From: an uncultured Gemmatimonadales bacterium
GTDB lineage: Bacteria > Gemmatimonadota > Gemmatimonadetes > Longimicrobiales > Longimicrobiaceae
Direction: 5' to 3'
NCBI GenBank assembly: GCA_963716255.1
Contig: OY970303.1
Span: 5,472,001 to 5,536,000, forward strand
DNA length: 64,000 bases
Part shown: positions 50,641 to 59,892 of the stretch, piece after piece
Numbering within the stretch: position 1 is the stretch's first letter
Layout of the letters: each line of letters begins with the position of its first letter
The notes under the pieces: model-generated
Told to the model about the DNA's origin: nothing
The model's database searches: none
The model's input: the letters and a program-made list of their open reading frames with translations, nothing else
Position numbers and translations under genes: made by a program

Positions 50641-51993
50641 ATGGTCGCGCTCCTCCTCTGCGGGATCGCCTTCGTGGCGGCGTTCGTCGCCGGCCGCCGC
50701 TCGCTGGTGGCGGGGATCGGCGCCGTGCTGGCGGTGGGCTACCTGTACGGGATCACGCGGGCCAACGTCACCAGCACGCTGTCGCACTTCATCTTCGACT
50801 GCGCGGTGCTGGGGCTGTACGTGACGCAGCTCCCCAGGCCGTTCGCGCCGGAGGACCTGGCGCGCACGCGGCAGCTGCGCCACTGGACGGTGCTGCTGAT
50901 CGGCTGGCCCATGCTGATGCTGCTCCTGCCGCTGCAGGACCCCATGGTGCAGCTGGTGGGGCTGCGCGCCAACGTGTTCTTCGTCCCCTTCCTGCTGCTG
51001 GGGGCGCGGCTCCAGCGCGAGGACTTCTACCGCGTCGCCCGCGTCCTGGCGGTGCTCAACCTGGTGGCGTTCGGCTTCGCGCTGGCGGAGTTCTTCTTCG
51101 GGCTCCCGCGCTTCTACCCGCGCAACGACGTCACCGACATCATCTACCGCAGCAACGACATCCGCGCGACGGGGTCGCTCCTGGGCGCGTTCCGCATCCC
51201 CGCGACGTTCGCCAACTCGAGCGTGTACGCCTCGACGATGGTGATCAGCGTGCCGGTGCTCCTGGGCGCGTGGCTGCAGAAGCGCACGCACCGCGACCGC
51301 GTGCTGCTGACCTGCGCGCTGGCCGCGACGGTGCTGGGCGTCTTCCTTTCGGCGTCGCGCACCAGCCTGATGCTGCTCCTCATCCTGCTGCTGATGACCA
51401 TGATCAGCGGGCGGATGGGGGCGTTCGGGCGGGTGGCGTGGATCTTCATGCTGGCGGGGATCGGCTGGGTGGTGTCCACCAACGAGCGCCTGTTCCTTCG
51501 CCTGATGTCCATCAGCCCGGACTCGATCGTCGAGCGGATCTCGTGGAGCATGAACCGCGGGGTGTTCGACCACGTGGCCAAGTACCCCATGGGCAACGGC
51601 CTGGGCGGCGGGGGGAGCAGCATCCCGCACTTCCTCCTGCACCTGGTGCGGAACCCCATGCCGGTGGAGAACCAGTACGCCACCATCATGCTGGAGCAGG
51701 GGCTTCCCGGGCTGCTGGTGTGGATGGCGTTCATCGTGTGGGTGCTGACGCGCCCGCTGGGGCCGCGCGGCGACGCCTGGCACTTCCCGCGGCTGCTGGC
51801 GCGGATCGCCTGCGCGCTGTACCTGGCGACCGGCTTCATCGGGGTGGGGCTGTTCACCGCCATCCCGTTCACGGTGATGCTGTTCCTGTGGATGGCGTGG
51901 CTGGGCGTGCCACAGCGCCGCGAGGCGGAGGCGCCGGTGCCGCCGCGCGCCCCGGCGCCCGCGCCCCGGGTGCTGGCGGGCCGGCATGCCTGA
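50641..51993 (+). CDS. Multi-pass membrane protein, putative Wzy-like polymerase or O-antigen ligase-like protein 2
   Basis: About 11 hydrophobic segments; RIPATFANS, SASRT, PMGNGLG, ENQY...EQGLPG. Confidence 0.65.
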   Translation: MVALLLCGIAFVAAFVAGRRSLVAGIGAVLAVGYLYGITRANVTSTLSHFIFDCAVLGLYVTQLPRPFAPEDLARTRQLRHWTVLLIGWPMLMLLLPLQDPMVQLVGLRANVFFVPFLLLGARLQREDFYRVARVLAVLNLVAFGFALAEFFFGLPRFYPRNDVTDIIYRSNDIRATGSLLGAFRIPATFANSSVYASTMVISVPVLLGAWLQKRTHRDRVLLTCALAATVLGVFLSASRTSLMLLLILLLMTMISGRMGAFGRVAWIFMLAGIGWVVSTNERLFLRLMSISPDSIVERISWSMNRGVFDHVAKYPMGNGLGGGGSSIPHFLLHLVRNPMPVENQYATIMLEQGLPGLLVWMAFIVWVLTRPLGPRGDAWHFPRLLARIACALYLATGFIGVGLFTAIPFTVMLFLWMAWLGVPQRREAEAPVPPRAPAPAPRVLAGRHA

Positions 51994-53215
51994 GGCGGGC
52001 GGCGGGAGGCCGGAGGCGCGCCCTCCCTGGGTGATGGTGTCGCCGGGGTTCCACCGCCACGGCGGGATGGAAAAGGCCAACCTGGCGCTGGCGGAGTTCC
52101 TCCTGGAGCGCGGGACGCCGGTGCACCTGGTGGGGCACCAGGTGGACGCGGAGCTGGCGGCGCGCCCGGGGGCCCGCGCCCACGTGGTGCCGCGCCCCCG
52201 GGCGGCGCTCTTCCCGGGGGACCGGGCCATCGACCGGCGGGGGCGGGCCGTGGCGCGCGAGGCCGTGGCGGCGCACCCCGGGGCGCGGGTGGTGGTCAAC
52301 GGCGGCAACTGCGGCTGGCGCGACGTCAACTGGGTGCACTACGTCCACCACGCCTGGACCCCCGCCGACGCGGGCGCGCCGCTCCCCCTCCGGCTCCGCG
52401 GCCGCCTGCTGGCCGCGGCCGCGCGCCGCGACGAGCGCGAGCGCATTCCCGGGGCGCGCCTGGTGCTCGCCAACTCGGAGCTGACCCGGCGGCACCTGCT
52501 GGAGCACCTGGGGGTGGAGCCGGCGCGGGTGCGCACGGCGTACCTGGGCGCCGAGGCGGGGTGGGGCCCGCCCTCGGCGGAGGAGCGCGCCGCCGCCCGC
52601 GCCTGGCTGGGCGTGCCGGAGGGGCGGCCGCTGGTGGTGTTCGTGGGCGCGCTGGGCCACGACGCCCGCAAGGGCTTCGACACGCTGCTGGCGGCGTGGC
52701 GGCGCCTGTGCGCGCGGCCGGAGTGGGACGGGTACCTGGTGGCGGCGGGAGGGGGGCGGGGGCTGGGGCGGTGGGAGGCGGAGGTCGCCCGCCTAGGGCT
52801 GGGGGAGCGGGTGCGGATGCTGGGCTTCACCCGGCGGGTCGCCGAGCTGCTGGCCGCGGCGGACCTGCTGGCGAGCCCGGCGCGCTACGAGCCGTACGGG
52901 CTGAACGTGCAGGAGGCGCTCTGCCGCGGCGTGCCCGCGGTGGTGAGCGCGCGGGCGGGGATCGCGGAGCGCTTCCCCGCCGAGCTGGCCGGGCTGGTGC
53001 TGCCGGACCCGGACGACGACGCCGGCCTGGCGGAGCGCCTGCTCCGCTGGCGGGGGGAGATGGACGCCTGGCGGTCGCGCGTGCGGCCGCTGGGCGCGCG
53101 GCTCCGCGCCCACGGCTGGCGGGAGATGGCGCGCGAGATCGTGGAGATGGTGGAGTCCGGCGCGCCGGCAATCGAACGAACCGCGGCCTCCGTGGCCGCG
53201 ACCGAGGACCTATGA
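51986..53215 (+). CDS. Glycosyltransferase family 4
   Basis: GGMEKAN, RKGFD, YEPYGLNVQEALCRG. Confidence 0.9.
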   Translation: MPEAGGGRPEARPPWVMVSPGFHRHGGMEKANLALAEFLLERGTPVHLVGHQVDAELAARPGARAHVVPRPRAALFPGDRAIDRRGRAVAREAVAAHPGARVVVNGGNCGWRDVNWVHYVHHAWTPADAGAPLPLRLRGRLLAAAARRDERERIPGARLVLANSELTRRHLLEHLGVEPARVRTAYLGAEAGWGPPSAEERAAARAWLGVPEGRPLVVFVGALGHDARKGFDTLLAAWRRLCARPEWDGYLVAAGGGRGLGRWEAEVARLGLGERVRMLGFTRRVAELLAAADLLASPARYEPYGLNVQEALCRGVPAVVSARAGIAERFPAELAGLVLPDPDDDAGLAERLLRWRGEMDAWRSRVRPLGARLRAHGWREMAREIVEMVESGAPAIERTAASVAATEDL

Positions 53216-54009
53216 AGCAGATCGTGAAGTCCGCGCTCGCCCGGGTCGCTCCCGGGCTGTACACCGCCCTGGTCTCGCGCCGGGCGAGGGCGCACAGCCA
53301 GCGGCTGGAGCGCGAGTGGGGATACACCGAGCTGGCGCACCGGGTGGTCCGCGAGTGCGGCCCCAGGGTGACCGCCGGGCCCTTCGCGGGGCTGGAGTTC
53401 ACCACGCGCACCCTGGACCGCCACATCTCGCCGAAGCTCTTCGGGGCGTACGAGGCGGCGCTGGACCCGGTGTGGGACCACGTGCGCGCCTCGCGCTACG
53501 CCGAGGTGCTGGACGTGGGGTGCGCCGACGGCTACTACGCCGTGGGTCTCGCCCGCCTGATGCCTGCCGTGCCGGTGCACGCCTTCGACACGGACGTGTG
53601 GGCGCGGCGCACCGTCCGGGAGATGGCGGACGCCAACGGCGTGGGCAACCTGCAGGTGCACGGCGCGTGCAGCCCGGAGTGGCTGGCGGCGCACCTCCGG
53701 CCGCGCTCCTTCCTCCTCAGCGACTGCGAGGGATACGAGGACGCCCTGCTGGTGCCGGACCGCGTCCCCGCGCTCCGCACCGCGGACGTGCTGATCGAGC
53801 TGCACGAGGCGGCGGCGCCCGGGGTGACGGAACGGCTGAAGCGGCGCTTCGCCGCCACGCACGAGTGCACGCTGATCGACGACCGCCCACGCGCGCCGGA
53901 GGACTACCCGGCGTCCGCGTTCCTCCCCCCGGAGGACCGCCTGCGCGCCCTCAACGAGGTGCGCACGGACGGGCAGAGCTGGCTCTTCCTGGTGGCGAGG
54001 CCGGCGTGA
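53212..54009 (+). CDS. Class I SAM-dependent methyltransferase
   Basis: VTAGPFAG, KLFGAYE, VLDVGCADGYY, DCEGYE. Confidence 0.8.
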   Translation: MKQIVKSALARVAPGLYTALVSRRARAHSQRLEREWGYTELAHRVVRECGPRVTAGPFAGLEFTTRTLDRHISPKLFGAYEAALDPVWDHVRASRYAEVLDVGCADGYYAVGLARLMPAVPVHAFDTDVWARRTVREMADANGVGNLQVHGACSPEWLAAHLRPRSFLLSDCEGYEDALLVPDRVPALRTADVLIELHEAAAPGVTERLKRRFAATHECTLIDDRPRAPEDYPASAFLPPEDRLRALNEVRTDGQSWLFLVARPA

Positions 54010-55241
54010 GCGCGTCCGTGTCGTCCGCGTCCGCGTCCGGGCCGCGGGTGCTGGTGGTCCCGTCGTCGTACTTCGCGCGCAACCGCACGGTGGGCGGCGG
54101 CGAGCGCTACGCCTTCGAGTACGCCCGGGCGCTCGCGCGCCTCACGCCCACCACGCTCGCCCTCTTCGACCTGGAGGCGGGACGCGAGGTGGTGGACGGG
54201 CTGGAGGTGAGGACCTTTCCCATCGCCGGCCTGGAGGAGAGGCGCGGCTTTCCGCTCCGGCGCGAGGCGCTGCGCGAGATCGCGGGGTTCGACGTGCTCC
54301 ACCCCATGATCTTTCCCACGCCGCTCACCGACCAGCTGATCCCGCTGGCGCGGCTGCGCGGGCAGACGGTGGTGCTCACCGACGTGGGCGGGGGCGTGCC
54401 GTGCTGGAGCACGCGCCTGCAGCGGCTGCACCCGCGCGCCAGCCTCAACCGCCTCACCAACGGCCTTGCCCTGCTGTCCCGCCACTCGGCGGCGCAGTTC
54501 ACCGGCTGGCGCCACCCGCGCACCATCCTGTACGGCGGGGCCGAGGTGCCGGAGGTGCCGGAGCAGGACTCGGCGCCGCAGGGCTACGCGCTGTTCGTGG
54601 GCCGGCTGCTGCCGCACAAGGGCGTGCTCCAGCTCATCGAGGCGCTGGGGCCGGACACGCCGCTGCGGGTGCTGGGGCGCCCGTACGACCCGGAGTACTT
54701 CCGCAGGCTGCGCGAGGCCGCGGCCGGCAGGGACGTGGTGTTCATCACGGACGCGGACGACGCGGAGCTTCGCCGGCAGTACCTGGGCGCCAGCGTGGTG
54801 CTCCAGCCGTCCATCCCGGTGCACGCGGGGCTCAACGACACGGCGGAGCTGCTGGGGCTGGTGGCGCTGGAGGGGATGGCGCACGGCAAGCCGGTGATCG
54901 TCACGCGCACGGCCAGCCTGCCGGAGCTGGTGCGGGACGGGGTCACCGGCTTCATCGTGCCCCCGGGCGACGCGAAGGCGCTGCGCGACAGGGTGGAGCT
55001 GCTGGTGCGCGACCCGGAGCGGAGCCTCGCCATGGGCGCGGCGGCGCGCAAGCACGTGCGCTCCTGCTTCACCTGGGACGAGGTGGCGGGACGGGGGATG
55101 GACTTCTACCGCAAGCTGCGGGGCGATGCGGCGCCGCGGACGGACGCCGCCCGGGGGGCGGCTCCGGCCGGGGGCGCGGGGCGCGTCCGCGGGGACACGC
55201 CGACGGCGGCGCGCGCGGGCGTGGCCGCGGCGGCGGGGTAG
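54006..55241 (+). CDS. Glycosyltransferase family 4
   Basis: GGGERY, VGRLLPHKG, ELLGLVALEGMAHGKPV. Confidence 0.9.
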   Translation: MSASVSSASASGPRVLVVPSSYFARNRTVGGGERYAFEYARALARLTPTTLALFDLEAGREVVDGLEVRTFPIAGLEERRGFPLRREALREIAGFDVLHPMIFPTPLTDQLIPLARLRGQTVVLTDVGGGVPCWSTRLQRLHPRASLNRLTNGLALLSRHSAAQFTGWRHPRTILYGGAEVPEVPEQDSAPQGYALFVGRLLPHKGVLQLIEALGPDTPLRVLGRPYDPEYFRRLREAAAGRDVVFITDADDAELRRQYLGASVVLQPSIPVHAGLNDTAELLGLVALEGMAHGKPVIVTRTASLPELVRDGVTGFIVPPGDAKALRDRVELLVRDPERSLAMGAAARKHVRSCFTWDEVAGRGMDFYRKLRGDAAPRTDAARGAAPAGGAGRVRGDTPTAARAGVAAAAG

Positions 55242-55267
55242 CGCGCCCGCGCTGCGGGCGGACCGCC

Positions 55268-56410
55268 ATGGCGGACCTGCACCTGATCACGGCGGAGTAC
55301 CCGCCGCAGCCCGGCGGCGTGAGCGACTACGTGCGCGGCGTGGCCGCCGGGCTGGCCGCCGCGGGCGAGCGGGTCCACGTCTGGTGCCCGCCCGCCGGGG
55401 GGGCGCAGCCGGACGACGCGGGCGTGGCGGTGCACCGCGAGCTGGGCGGGATCTCGCGCGGCGACCTGCGGCGCGTGGGTGCCCTCCTCGACGCCTTCCC
55501 CGCGCCGCGGCGCCTGCTGGTGCAGTGGGTGCCGCACGCGTACGGCCGGCGGGCCATGAACCTTGGCTTCTGCCTGTGGGTGCGGGAGCGCGCCGCCCGC
55601 GGCGACCGCGTGGAGATCATGGTCCACGAGCCGTTCCTCGCCTTCGGCGGGTCGGCGCGGCAGGCGGTGGTGGCCGCGGTGCACCGCGCCATGACGGTGG
55701 TGCTGCTGGGCGCCGCGGAGCGCGTGTGGGTGTCCACGCCCGCCTGGGCGGAGCGCTGGCGCAAGTACCGCCCGGGCCGCGCGATCCCCTTCGAGTGGAC
55801 GCCGATCCCCAGCAACGTGCCGGTGGTGGACGACGCGGCGGGAGCGCGCGCGGTGCGGGCCCGCTGCCTCCCGGGAGGCGGGCGCCTGGTCGGGCACTTC
55901 GGCACCTACCGCGCCAACGTCACGGAGCTGCTGGCGCCCATCCTGGCCGCGGCGCTCGAGTCCGCGCCGGAGCGCGCGGCGCTGCTGCTGGGGCGCGGCG
56001 GGGAGCGCTTCCGCGACGAGCTGGTGGCGCGGCACCCCGGCCTCACGGGCCGCGTGCACGCGCCCGGCCCGCTCTCCACCGGCGCCCTGTCGCGCCACCT
56101 GGCCGCCTGCGACCTGCTGGTGCAGCCGTACCCGGACGGCGCCAACGGCCGCCAGACGAGCCTTGCCGCGGGGCTGGAGCACGGCCTGCCCGTGGTGACC
56201 ACCGGGGGGCCCAGCACGGAGCCGGTGTGGCGCGAGTCCGGCGCCGTGGCGATGGCGCCCTCCGGCGACGCTGCGGCCGCCGCGCGGCTGGTGGACCGCC
56301 TGCTCTCCGACGACGCGGAGCGCGCGCGGCTCGGCGCTGCGGCGAAGCGGCTGTACGACGAGCGCTTCCACCTGCGGCACACGATCGCGGCTTTGACCCG
56401 CGACGGCTGA
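55268..56410 (+). CDS. Glycosyltransferase family 4-like protein
   Basis: EYPPQPGGVSDY, PIPSN, PYPDG...HGLPVVTT. Confidence 0.85.
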   Translation: MADLHLITAEYPPQPGGVSDYVRGVAAGLAAAGERVHVWCPPAGGAQPDDAGVAVHRELGGISRGDLRRVGALLDAFPAPRRLLVQWVPHAYGRRAMNLGFCLWVRERAARGDRVEIMVHEPFLAFGGSARQAVVAAVHRAMTVVLLGAAERVWVSTPAWAERWRKYRPGRAIPFEWTPIPSNVPVVDDAAGARAVRARCLPGGGRLVGHFGTYRANVTELLAPILAAALESAPERAALLLGRGGERFRDELVARHPGLTGRVHAPGPLSTGALSRHLAACDLLVQPYPDGANGRQTSLAAGLEHGLPVVTTGGPSTEPVWRESGAVAMAPSGDAAAAARLVDRLLSDDAERARLGAAAKRLYDERFHLRHTIAALTRDG

Positions 56411-56440
56411 ACGGCTGGGCGCTCCAGGTGGCTCCGGTGT

Positions 56441-56584
56441 TCGGGGTCGGCCGGGGCAGGCTCCTCCGGCGGTGCGACACCCGAAGGGACTCGCAGAGCA
56501 CTCGCCCGCCGGTGGAGCAGGTCCGAGGGATCACGCTGGCTTCTAACAAACGCACCGCCTGCGGACCCTCCCCCGACCTCCCGA
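56441..56584. other. Multi-stem intergenic inverted-repeat element (single copy in this window)
   Basis: Outer TCGGGGTCGG/CCGACC(TC)CCGA enclosing CTCCTCCGGCGG/CCGCCGGTGGAG and GGTCCG/CGGACC stems. Confidence 0.5.
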
Positions 56585-56623
56585 CGAGCATCGCAGGAAC
56601 GGCAACGGCGCCAGCGTGGAGAT

Positions 56624-56680
56624 TCCCCTCCCCCGGAACGGGGGAGGGTGGCGAGCCTAAAGCGAGCCGGGTGGGGGCCC
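56624..56680. repeat. REP-like palindrome
   Basis: Reverse complement closely matches 30088-30142 (CACCCGGCTCGCTnnAGGCTCGCCACCCTC). Confidence 0.75.
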
Positions 56681-56703
56681 CAGCGGACGCCAGCGCCACC
56701 CCC

Positions 56704-56834
56704 GCGTGAGGGATTTCGGCCCGAAGGGGCGAGACCCGGCGCAGTTTGCCGGGGCTCGACTCCGTTAGCCCGCGTTGTTTGCGGGCTTACGGAGCCGAAG
56801 CCCGACCCCGGCGTCAGCCGGGGGCACGCCCGAA
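56704..56834 (+). repeat. Structured ~130-bp dispersed element, copy 7
   Basis: Variable stem AGCCCGC/GCGGGCT; lacks the 3' tail seen in the other copies. Confidence 0.92.
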
Positions 56835-56890
56835 TCCCAAGCTCTTTCCCGGTGCCCTGAACACGGGCCATCGGTTCCACGAAAGAATAG

Positions 56891-57616
56891 ATGACGATCA
56901 GAACCCTGGCGCGGGTCGCCCTGCTCGACCCGCTGCGCACGCTGCTGCCGGCCCGCTTCCGGCTCGGCTACGACTTCTTTCTGCTGCGGCTCACGGGCCG
57001 CGCCGAAGAGGAGCTGCTGGAGCTGGACCGCCTGCTGGACCGCCGCGACCTGGCGGTGGACGTGGGCGCCAACCGCGGCTTTTACAGCTACGCCTTCACG
57101 CGGCGCTTCCGGCGGGTGGTGGCGTTCGAGCCCAACCCCCGCATCGTGGCGGACCTGGAGAAGCTCGGCGCGCCCAACCTGGAGGTACACAACGTGGCCC
57201 TCTCGGCGGAGGAGGGGAAGCTGGAGCTGTTCGTGCCGCGGGTGAACGGCGTGGAGCAGCACGGCTGGGCCAGCTTCGACCGCGGCAACCTGCCGGGCGC
57301 CACCGACTTCAAGGTGCTGGAGGTGCCGGTGCGGCCGCTGGACGCCTTCGGCCTCACGGGCGTGTCGTTCATCAAGATCGACGTGGAGGGACACGAGATC
57401 GCGGCGCTGGCGGGCGCGGCGGAAACCATCCGCGACAGCCGGCCCACGGTGCTGATCGAGGTCAAGGACCGCAACCGCGCCGAGGTGATGCGGTTCTTCG
57501 ACGGGCTGGGCTACGCGCCCTTCCGCCTGCGCGGCGGCCGGCTGGTGCCGTGGACGCCGGGCGGGGCGGGGGACGAGGGCGAGAACTTCGTCTTCCGGCC
57601 GCGCCCGCCGGCCTGA
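56891..57616 (+). CDS. FkbM family methyltransferase
   Basis: VDVGANRG, AFEPNP, NVALS, FIKIDVEGHE. Confidence 0.9.
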   Translation: MTIRTLARVALLDPLRTLLPARFRLGYDFFLLRLTGRAEEELLELDRLLDRRDLAVDVGANRGFYSYAFTRRFRRVVAFEPNPRIVADLEKLGAPNLEVHNVALSAEEGKLELFVPRVNGVEQHGWASFDRGNLPGATDFKVLEVPVRPLDAFGLTGVSFIKIDVEGHEIAALAGAAETIRDSRPTVLIEVKDRNRAEVMRFFDGLGYAPFRLRGGRLVPWTPGGAGDEGENFVFRPRPPA

Positions 57617-57716
57617 CGGTCCGTCCGCCATCCCCCGGATGCAGAGAGGCCCCGACGCTCGCCGCGCCGGGGCCTCTTCATACTTTCACGTTTCCGTCCT
57701 CCCTGTCCTCCGGAGC

Positions 57717-58400
57717 TCAGCCCGGCCGGCGCGCGGTGCAGACCACGTTGTCCGAGTAGCGGGCGCCCCGGAGCGTGCCCAGCGACGCCCGCTGCCAGGT
57801 GACGCGGGTGAGGCTGGGGAGCGCGCCGTGCTCGGTGAAGGAAAAGGCGACGCCCTGGAAGCCGGCCTCGGTGAGCACCCGCTCCAGGTCGGCGCGGAGG
57901 AGCGCGCTGATGTGCGCGGGGTAGCTCCGGCCGGTGAACGCGGCGAAGTGCCCGCGGAAAAGCAGGGACACGAGGGAGCGCCAGCTCTCGTTGTTGGGCG
58001 TGCTGACCACCAGCGCGCCGCCCGGCCGCAGCAGCCGGAACCACTCGCGGGCGAGGAAGCGCGGGTTCTCCAGGTGCTCGATCACCTCCGCGGCCACGAT
58101 CAGGTCGTAGCTCGCGTCGGGGACGGGGAGGCGCTCGTTGAGGTCGGCGATGATCCAGCCCACGCGGTCCGCGCTGGCGCCCTCGTAGGCCACCAGGTCG
58201 GCGGCGTCCACCCGCGTGAAGCGCGGCCGCTCCGCCAGGAGCCGCGCCAGCCGGCCCGTGCCCGCACCGAAGTCCAGCGCCCGCCCGCCCACGCCCAGCG
58301 CGTCCACCCGGGCGAGCACGGCCTCGTAGATGGGGTCCGCCGACGTGCCGCCGGACGCCTCCGCCGCTTCCACCCGCGCCTTCTGCAAGTCCCCGGTCAA
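57717..58400 (-). CDS. Class I SAM-dependent methyltransferase
   Basis: LDFGAGTG, ADLNE, EVIEHLENP, LRPGG...STPN; TTG start after GGAGAG inferred. Confidence 0.85.
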   Translation of the reverse strand: MTGDLQKARVEAAEASGGTSADPIYEAVLARVDALGVGGRALDFGAGTGRLARLLAERPRFTRVDAADLVAYEGASADRVGWIIADLNERLPVPDASYDLIVAAEVIEHLENPRFLAREWFRLLRPGGALVVSTPNNESWRSLVSLLFRGHFAAFTGRSYPAHISALLRADLERVLTEAGFQGVAFSFTEHGALPSLTRVTWQRASLGTLRGARYSDNVVCTARRPG

Positions 58401-58788
58401 GTCAGGCTCTCTCCGTCGAACGGTCGTGTCGCCGACACCGGTGCCTGTCGGCAATTCCTGCTGGCCATCCACTGGCGATCCACCGGCCCAAAGGTCGGGC
58501 GGGGACAGGACGGGCGCAAGTACGGGAAGGTCCCATCCGGGCGAAACCCGGAGCTGCGGCTCGCCTCGTGGACGGGTGCATGTGCGATGTCCCGAAAGAG
58601 ACGCGGCGCGGGGTTTGCGGCCCGTGCGACTGGACCGGCGTGGACAGCGGCGATATCTTAGGGGCGCTTCGACTAAGCCTGTGCGCCGCCCCGTGCGACG
58701 CGGGGCCGCCCGGGTGCTCGGCCCGGGCTTTTCCGGATGTCTCTGCGGAAGCGCGAAGTCGCGCGTTCGCGGAGCACTTGCATTTGCC

Positions 58789-59871
58789 ATGGACGACACC
58801 GGCACCCCGCGCCCCACGCTCGCCACCCTTCCTCCCGCCCCTGCGGGGAGGACCGGCTGGCCGTGGACCGAGGAGACGCCCGCCCCCGCCGCGGAGGCCG
58901 GCCGCTCCATCTGGCCGCGGGTGAGCGTGGTGGTGCCGTCGTTCAACCAGGGGCGCTTCATCGAGGAGACGCTCCGCTCCGTGCTGCTCCAGGGGTATCC
59001 CAACCTGGAGCTGATCGTCATGGACGGCGGGAGCACGGACGAGACGGTGGAGGTGCTCCGCCGCTACGAGCCGTGGCTGGCGCACTGGGTGAGCGAAAAG
59101 GACCGCGGGCAGACGCACGCCATCAACAAGGGGCTGGAGCGCGTCACCGGCGAGATCTTTTCCTACCTGAATTCCGACGACCTGCTGGCGCCGGGCGCGC
59201 TGCGGGCCGTGGTGCAGGGCTTCCGCGCCCACCCCGAGGCCGACGTGGTGTACGGCCGCTGCGTGTACATCGACGAGGGCGGCGCCGAGCAGTTCACGGT
59301 GCAGGCCCGGTTCGACGGCTTCCTGGACTACCTGCGCATCTGGGACCGCCTGAACCGGCGCGAGTTCCTGACGCAGCCCGAGGTGTTCTGCCGCACCGGC
59401 GCCGTGGTGGACGCGGGCGGGTTCCGCGAGGAGCTGCGCTCGGTGATGGACCTGGAGATGTGGCTGCGCCTGCTGTCGCGCGGGCACGTCTTCCGGCCCG
59501 TGGACGCGCCGGTGGCCAAGTTCCGCATGTACGCCGCGCAGAAGTCGTCGGTGGACCCCGGCTACGAGCTGTGCCGCGTGGTGGAGGAGTACGTGCGCGG
59601 CAGCGGGTTGGTCTCCCCGGAGGAGCAGGCGACGCTCCTGGCCGAGCTCAAGGAGGCGAAGGCGCACCTGCTGGTGCGCGCCGGGATCGCGGCCACCCTG
59701 CTGGACCGCTACGGAGACGGAGTGCGCTACTGCGTGGCGGCGGCGGCGGCGCACCCGCGCATCGTGGCGACGTACCCCTTCTGGGCGGTGCTCGCGCACC
59801 CGGCCAAGCGCTTCGTCCCCCGCTCCACGCGGGGGCGCATCCAGCGGCTCTTCGGTGCCTCCGGTGCGTAG
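58789..59871 (+). CDS. Glycosyltransferase family 2
   Basis: LPPAP..RTGWPW, VVPSFNQGRFIEETLRSV, DGGSTD, YLNSDD. Confidence 0.92.
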   Translation: MDDTGTPRPTLATLPPAPAGRTGWPWTEETPAPAAEAGRSIWPRVSVVVPSFNQGRFIEETLRSVLLQGYPNLELIVMDGGSTDETVEVLRRYEPWLAHWVSEKDRGQTHAINKGLERVTGEIFSYLNSDDLLAPGALRAVVQGFRAHPEADVVYGRCVYIDEGGAEQFTVQARFDGFLDYLRIWDRLNRREFLTQPEVFCRTGAVVDAGGFREELRSVMDLEMWLRLLSRGHVFRPVDAPVAKFRMYAAQKSSVDPGYELCRVVEEYVRGSGLVSPEEQATLLAELKEAKAHLLVRAGIAATLLDRYGDGVRYCVAAAAAHPRIVATYPFWAVLAHPAKRFVPRSTRGRIQRLFGASGA

Positions 59872-59892
59872 CCCGCGCGGGCCCCGCGGCAC

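Noticed and set aside
56704..56834. The element as a tRNA, hammerhead ribozyme or simple terminator
   Set aside because: It has no TTCRA T-loop in cloverleaf geometry, no CCA end, no CTGATGA core and no U-tract after a terminal stem. Copy 1 lies between two genuine terminators.
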